Assembly (NCBI GenBank): GCA_963579735.1 | Contig: CAUZIB010000001.1 | Coordinates: forward strand, 65,492-129,491 | Direction of reading: 5' to 3' | Length of the DNA stretch: 64,000 nt | Origin: Vicinamibacteria bacterium | GTDB lineage: Bacteria > Acidobacteriota > Vicinamibacteria > Vicinamibacterales > UBA8438 | In this document: one piece after another, positions 59,293-64,000 of the stretch | Layout: the number at the start of each line of letters is the position of its first letter | Numbering within the stretch: position 1 is the stretch's first letter | Program-made: the position numbers and the translations under genes | The notes under the pieces: model-generated | The model's database searches: none | Told to the model about the DNA's origin: nothing | What the model saw: the letters and a program-made list of their open reading frames with translations, nothing else

Positions 59293-59761
59293 ATGGTGAC
59301 GCGTATCGCCAGGCTATTCTTGGTCCTTGCAACATTGTTCGTCGTGTGTCCTCAGGCCCTCCACGGTCAGGAGCGCTGGGGAGTCCGAGCCGGGGTGAGC
59401 GGAGATCCGGACCAGATCGTCTTTGGCGGACACCTCGAAAGCGCTCCCCTCGTGGAACGCCTGGTTTTTCGTCCGAGCGGAGAAATTGGGCTCGGCAGCG
59501 ACCTTACCGTGATCGCTCTCAATTTCGAGTTTGCATACAAGATTCCACGGAGGGGGAGGTCCTGGTCGCCGTATATCGGAGGCGATCCGGCCCTCAACAT
59601 CTTTAGCTTTGACAACCGCAGATTTCGAGATGACACGGCTATCGAGGGTGGCTTCAACCTGATGGTGGGGGTAGAACATCGTCGCGGCCTTTCTTGCGGA
59701 GTTCAAGGTGGACGCGATGGACAGCCCTGACCTCAAGTTTCTGGTTGGGTACTCATTTTAG
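59293..59761 (+). pseudogene. small outer-membrane beta-barrel protein with a 3'-proximal frameshift (or sequencing error)
   Basis: Signal MVTRIARLFLVLATLFVVCPQALHG followed by alternating beta-strand pattern. The annotated frame ends GLSCGVQGGRDGQP at 59730. Shifting frame at the T-rich site near 59690 gives FLAEFKVDAMDSPDLKFLVGYSF-stop (59759-59761), a canonical OMP C-terminus ending in Phe. Confidence 0.5.
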
Positions 59762-60654
59762 TGGTCGGCCAAAACCGATGGACGCCGGTCGAGGTCGGAA
59801 TAGGGCTGCTGGTTTGCCTGTGCAGCTTGGCGGTGGCGTGCGGGCCGCGTAACGACGCGACCCCGACCCCGGACATCGACGACGCTATCGCCGCGACCAA
59901 TGGATTCGTATGGCAAGACCTTCTGACGGACGACCCCGAGGCCAGCGCTGCGTTCTACGGCGACCTTCTTGGCTGGGAGTTTGAAACGTCGTCTCGGTTT
60001 GGCGAGCAATACCTGCTGGCACGGACGGTGCTGGGGTATATCGGCGGTATCGCGCACGTCGAGCGGACAGAACCCGACATCCCGGTGGCCCAATGGCTGA
60101 GCTACCTACAAGTCAAAGATGTGAACGGCGCCGTCACAGCAGCCACCCAACTGGGTGGGCGAGTTCTCGTCGAACCCGTGGACTTCAACGGTGGCGAGGT
60201 CGCAGTGATGGCCGACCGGCAGAATGCGCTCTTCGGACTTGCCTCACGCGAGCTAGGTCTGCCGGACCGTGACCCCCGCGTGGCACCCAGAGGCACATTC
60301 TTTTGGCGCGACTACGTGACAGAAAACGTCCAGGACGCGCAGATGTTCTACAGCATGGTCACCGGGTTCGATTCCGAGCGACAGCGTCGGTCAGACGACG
60401 TACCGCACTACGTGCTGGTTGCCGCCCGCGAAATTGGCGGGATTGTCCCGATTTCATCTGACCAACGCGACGCGATCGATGCGAATTGGCTGCCATACAT
60501 TCGAGTGGTGGACCCGCTCCGGCTGGCGCGGCGAGCGGAGGCACTGGGTGGACAGATCCTGCTCCGGCCGCGTCCGGAGCTTCGTAATGGATCTCTGGCG
60601 ATCATTGCTGATCCCCAAGGCGCCGCCATCGCCCTGCAACGGTATCCGCAGTAG
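59761..60654 (+). CDS. two-domain VOC (glyoxalase-like) family lipoprotein
   Basis: GTG at 59761. Lipobox-like LLVCLCSLAVACG. Two VOC-like halves (FVWQDLLTDDPEASAAFYGDLLGWEF ; FFWRDYVTENVQDAQMFYSMVTGF). Confidence 0.65.
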   Translation: MVGQNRWTPVEVGIGLLVCLCSLAVACGPRNDATPTPDIDDAIAATNGFVWQDLLTDDPEASAAFYGDLLGWEFETSSRFGEQYLLARTVLGYIGGIAHVERTEPDIPVAQWLSYLQVKDVNGAVTAATQLGGRVLVEPVDFNGGEVAVMADRQNALFGLASRELGLPDRDPRVAPRGTFFWRDYVTENVQDAQMFYSMVTGFDSERQRRSDDVPHYVLVAAREIGGIVPISSDQRDAIDANWLPYIRVVDPLRLARRAEALGGQILLRPRPELRNGSLAIIADPQGAAIALQRYPQ

Positions 60655-60673
60655 CTCGGTGGACCCAGCCGCA

Positions 60674-60844
60674 ATGATGAAGCCACGTTCTCGCCGCCTG
60701 TCTCTCTGGCTCGTCATCGGTCTTGTCGTCGCGGCGGCCGCCTGTGGCACAACACTGGGGGCGGGTTTCCGCGTGGCCCACCCCTCCCCGTGGCGCGCCC
60801 CGTGGGGGGATACCACTTTTGTGGGTGGTCCGGTTTATCGCTAG
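60674..60844 (+). CDS. small putative lipoprotein
   Basis: The ATG at 60674 gives MMKPRSRRLSLWLVIGLVVAAAACG (signal plus lipobox Cys). 56 aa with no homology recognised. Confidence 0.3.
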   Translation: MMKPRSRRLSLWLVIGLVVAAAACGTTLGAGFRVAHPSPWRAPWGDTTFVGGPVYR

Positions 60845-61008
60845 CCGACCGCCCATCGCCGGCGTGATCCAACCGATCCTGGGACCCGATGGCGATTGCT
60901 GTCATTTTCGGACAACTGTTCGCACGATGCGAACTTCGGGTTCGTGCCGATTCTGTAAATGATCGTGTGTCGCAGGAGCTTCCCCAACAGCCCGTGTGGT
61001 CAAGAAAC

Positions 61009-61272
61009 TCATGCGGCTGTCCGGTGGTAGAACTTCAGCAGGCTCCCAAGGCGCTCGCGGCACCGCACTTGACCGATCTGGCCGATGTCCTCGGACGGAA
61101 AGAAGAGGAGGTTCTCCTTCCCCTGGTGATTCCTCTCGCCGTGGAAGTGGTCGACGTACGCACGCAACGCGGTCCGTAACGCCGACCCACCGAAGAAGAT
61201 CAGCTTCGACAGGCACTCGTCCTTCGCCGACCGTACCCACCGCTCCGCGTGCGCGTTCCCCAACGCCGTCAA
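61009..61272 (-). mobile_element. C-terminal fragment of a DDE (rve/integrase-core) transposase
   Basis: ..NAHAERWVRSAKDECLSKLIFFGGSALRTALRAYVDHFHGERNHQGKENLLF...RERLGSLLKFYHRTAA matches the end of rve-type transposases (N.yaER....K.EcL...i.fGe..Lr....y..hYn.ER.HQG..N). The catalytic core and the start are missing. Confidence 0.6.
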
Positions 61273-61289
61273 CTGCAGGTGATGCGACC

Positions 61290-61550
61290 GTTCCGCAACG
61301 AAGGTTTCGCGTCACCCATCCCTTCCATCCCCTGAGGAGTCGGACGTTCGAGCTGGTCTCCGTGCGGCAGACGTGGGGTGAGTACCGCGTCTTCTATCAC
61401 GACGACGGCGGCACGCTAATGGCGCCGCCGGCCTCGTGGACGGACGTCGCCGACCCTGATCCATTCGTCACCACCGCGCGGGGGCGATCGTGCTGTCGTC
61501 CGTCGGATCTACTGCGTCTCTGCGACGTGGTGGCCGGAGCAGAGCACTGA
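61290..61550 (+). mobile_element. DUF5372-like small protein, start lost (mobile-element-associated family, from memory)
   Basis: Tail of ORF 60996..61550: RFRVTHPFHPLRSRTFELVSVRQTWGEYRVFYHDDGGTLMAPPASWTDVADPDPFV...DLLRLCDVV. The THPFHPL...WTD pattern recalls DUF5372. No in-frame start lies near the domain, and the upstream part of the ORF is Arg/Ser/Pro-rich non-protein-like sequence. Confidence 0.4.
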
Positions 61551-61747
61551 CGCGCGTCGCCCGCGCGGAGACAGGACGAACGTGGTGTAAGGCAAATTAT
61601 GTCGATACTGTAAAAAGAAATACGCCGATACGACCGGGGCGGGTTAGGCGCGCTGTCCTCATGGGGCCGAAGCCTTCGCGCCAGCCATCAACGCGCACGT
61701 GCACGGCCCCGAGTTCGGGTTCCCCTACAGCTCCGGCCGCAGGGTCG

Positions 61748-61807
61748 GACACTCATCCGGCCGGCTGCTGCCAAGCCGATGTGCCGTGACCCGACCAGAT
61801 GAGTGTC
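61748..61807. repeat. 10-bp perfect inverted repeat (GACACTCATC ... GATGAGTGTC) with 40-nt spacer
   Basis: The arms are 61748-61757 and 61798-61807, about 30 nt downstream of the NHL gene stop. It could be a terminator-like structure or an element boundary. No U-tract. Confidence 0.3.
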
Positions 61808-61836
61808 AACCGTTCATACGAGCCGTGACTCTCGGC

Positions 61837-62973
61837 TCACATACCCGCTTTCGGATACTTTGTCAGTCCGCCACCGGCGGTTGGACGCGACCCCGGGCCT
61901 TCGGCGGCATAGACGTTGCCGTCCTCGTCAACCGCCACGCCCTCGCCCGCGACGCCTTGTAGGACGCGGGTTTCGTGCGCATGCGGCGGGATAAACCCCG
62001 TCAGCCGGTCTTCGCCCGCCGGCCCGATTCGCACACCCGTTTTCCAGCCCGGGTGGTTTGTCCCCCGCGATTCGGAGTCGATCGCGTACAGGGTGTCGTC
62101 GGCCGTTATGAACAAGCCGCTGATCCGACTGTAATTGGTGTAGATATCGAGGAGGTTGCCGTCCTGGTCGAAGATTTGGATGCGGTGATTGCCGCGGTCG
62201 GCCACAAACAAGCGTCCCTCGGAATCGAACTCCATGGCGTGCGGAGTCCGGAACTGACCCGGTCGAAAACCGATCTCGCCCCATTCTGTAATGAAGTTAC
62301 CCTCGCTATCGAACTTCAGAATTCTGCCGGTCGCGCCAGCGGGTGGATCCGGGTTCTGCCCGCTGTGCCCGTCAGAGACAAAGATGTCGCCATTGGGCGC
62401 GGTGATGACATCACACGGTTCGTTGAGCTGGCCCGGACCACTACCCGGCTGCCCGGCTTCACCGAGGCGCAGGAGCACTTCGCCTTCCGGACTGAATTTG
62501 ATGACCTGGTGGCCTTTTGTCCCGGCTTCGTTTCCCTGCGAGTCAGTCACCCAGACATTCCCGTCGTCATCGACGTGAAGACCGTGAGGGAGCACAAAGA
62601 GTCCCGCCCCAAAATTGGCGAGCACCTCTCCGGTATTCCGGTCAAACTTCAGAATCGGATCGACAGTAGGGTTGGCCTCGCATCCCCCATCCAGTCCATT
62701 CGCACCGCACCGGTCATAGACCCAGACGTGGCCATCAGGGCCGATGTCAATCCCGGCCGTCGAACCCCAAGTCCGCCCGTCAGGAAGAGCAGCCCACTCG
62801 GTGACCGCTCCACTGCTAGGATTTGGCAGGACTCTCGATACGAGGTCGCTCTCGCCTTGGCCGTATGCGACCGGCGCTGGGCCGGCGATGACAAACGCGC
62901 TCACGAGCGCAACCACCGCAGCCATCGTGAAACCACTCGAACGGCCAGTCATGAGCCTTCGATAATCGGTCAT
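61837..62973 (-). CDS. NHL-repeat six-bladed beta-propeller protein (PAL/peptidyl-alpha-hydroxyglycine lyase-like), secreted
   Basis: The ATG at 62973 is 8 nt after GGAGGAG. Signal/anchor FTMAAVVALVSAFVIAGPAPVAYG. Repeated NHL-type blades (PHGLHVDDDGNVWVTD; PCDVITAPNGDIFVSD; PHAMEFDSEGRLFVADRGNHRIQIFD). Confidence 0.8.
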   Translation of the reverse strand: MTDYRRLMTGRSSGFTMAAVVALVSAFVIAGPAPVAYGQGESDLVSRVLPNPSSGAVTEWAALPDGRTWGSTAGIDIGPDGHVWVYDRCGANGLDGGCEANPTVDPILKFDRNTGEVLANFGAGLFVLPHGLHVDDDGNVWVTDSQGNEAGTKGHQVIKFSPEGEVLLRLGEAGQPGSGPGQLNEPCDVITAPNGDIFVSDGHSGQNPDPPAGATGRILKFDSEGNFITEWGEIGFRPGQFRTPHAMEFDSEGRLFVADRGNHRIQIFDQDGNLLDIYTNYSRISGLFITADDTLYAIDSESRGTNHPGWKTGVRIGPAGEDRLTGFIPPHAHETRVLQGVAGEGVAVDEDGNVYAAEGPGSRPTAGGGLTKYPKAGM

Positions 62974-63091
62974 TGACATTCTCCTCCATGGAAGATGGGA
63001 AGGATAATCCTAGTGGCGTCGTTGCCGATTCGCAACAACAAATCCGAGTGACACAGGCGCCCGGAAGCTAGCAGTTGCCGATACGAAATTG

Positions 63092-63388
63092 CTATGAAGA
63101 ACGCGGCTTGACGACGATCGCGACGGCCACGGGGTCGTCGCGCTCCAGGGTTGCGTCCATGCAACGACGATGTTCTTCGTAAGCGCCCCACTGGGCGTCG
63201 GTCCAGCGCTTCCGGTGGCTGCGCGGTTGCGCCGCGAGCTCTTCACCATCCGTTCCTTCGTAGAGCGGATGGGCCGGTCTAGACGTCCTCCGAGTGAGCA
63301 ACCGCGCTTCCAAGGGAACCGCGTCGGTCACCTCGTGGCTAGGGAGCGGCACCGACACATACTCGACCCCGCGCGCATCGCGATACAC
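63092..63388 (-). other. weak ORF, possible gene fragment
   Basis: GTG-initiated 98 aa ORF bounded upstream by an in-frame TGA. Protein-like but unrecognised (YRDARGVEYVSVPLPSHEV...WTDAQWGAYEEH). Confidence 0.2.
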
Positions 63389-63443
63389 CCAATAGCCTCA
63401 CTTTCGAGTAATACGTGCTCGAAGCCGGCCGTGGGGCCGGTCT

Positions 63444-64000
63444 CTAAAAGCGCAGGACAATACCCGCCGTCGCCCGTGACACGTTGAATGTACCGGGCGA
63501 CACCGGCAGCAACCCACCGTCACCGGCCTTGAAGTTTCGAAAATATCGATACTCGCCCCGCAACCCAAAGACATCCCCAAAGAACGCCATCACCCCAAAC
63601 CCGACGTTATATCCGAAGTCGTTGGTGCTGATGTTGCTCAAGAGGTCACGCAACTCGGCCCGCCGCTGGATCATACCAAGGCCGACGACGCCATATGGCC
63701 GAATCCCGGCGCCACGTTGCCCACCCACGGGAATACCCAACAAGAGACTCCCCTGCACGGTCATAACACGGCTCGACACCACGCTACTGTCTGACCCAAA
63801 AAACCGTGGCGTGTAGCCGACGTCGAGCTCGCCACCGGCGATACCGTTCCCCATCCCCCCGACACTAAAGCCGTAGGTGACGTCGGAACGATTGTCGACC
63901 GCATCCGACAACGTTTGGTTCGCTGAACCTCCGAAGAGTGACCCGACGTAGGGACTAAACCAGGTATCGGCACGAGCGGGCGCCGGCGTGATCGCAGATC
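63444..64000 (-). CDS. outer-membrane beta-barrel protein, 5' end outside the window
   Basis: The frame stays open upstream of the TTG the ORF track used (63911), reading ...SAITPAPARADTWFSPYVGSLFGGSANQTLSD to the window edge. Gly/aromatic beta-strand pattern, ending GEYRYFRNF...ATAGIVLRF-stop (terminal Phe). Confidence 0.6.
   Translation of the reverse strand, partial: SAITPAPARADTWFSPYVGSLFGGSANQTLSDAVDNRSDVTYGFSVGGMGNGIAGGELDVGYTPRFFGSDSSVVSSRVMTVQGSLLLGIPVGGQRGAGIRPYGVVGLGMIQRRAELRDLLSNISTNDFGYNVGFGVMAFFGDVFGLRGEYRYFRNFKAGDGGLLPVSPGTFNVSRATAGIVLRF

Noticed and set aside
60361-60380. tRNA-like T-loop sequence GGGTTCGATTCC.
   Set aside because: It lies inside the VOC coding frame (VTGFDSE). 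The flanking bases do not form a T-stem (ACCGG versus CCGAG) or an acceptor stem.

Overview
A 64 kb, visibly high-GC bacterial chromosomal segment. The gene content looks like a soil Acidobacteriota/Gemmatimonadota-type genome: an ADOP-type permease, a DUF1592/DUF1552 pair, a sigma-factor/kinase remnant and many Sec/Tat-exported enzymes. This taxonomy is a guess from gene content only. I found no rRNA, tRNA or CRISPR array that I could support.

Intact, confidently recognised genes:
- a tightly packed lexA-imuA-imuB-dnaE2 SOS mutagenesis operon (27480-33437, minus strand) with a candidate operator palindrome over its promoter
- ppk1, ahcY and a DEAD-box helicase
- a 3-gene MacB/Lol-type ABC transporter
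- tannase/feruloyl esterase, GT4 and GT-C glycosyltransferases, an SLC13 permease and a PilZ protein
- three PQQ-like beta-propellers
- several Tat-exported cofactor enzymes (VOC, class-V PLP enzyme, FAD amine oxidase)

Least-explained content:
1. Divergent exported gene sets at 46.3-55.4 kb. One is hypothetical / CxxCH protein / Tat-FAD amine oxidase; the other is DUF1592 / DUF1552 / exported ankyrin protein.
2. Two paralogous secreted proteins ending in a conserved 'ACHEGNYSMP' motif that flank a Tat-exported VOC enzyme (10.3-13.0 kb).
3. A very high load of multi-lesion pseudogenes and gene fragments (at least 13 loci), interleaved with long intact genes. These include nonsense codons exactly at conserved Gln/Trp positions and one frameshift sitting on a G11 homopolymer.
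4. A mobile-element scar at about 60.9-61.6 kb.

All family calls come from reading the translated ORFs and recalling motifs. No database search was run.
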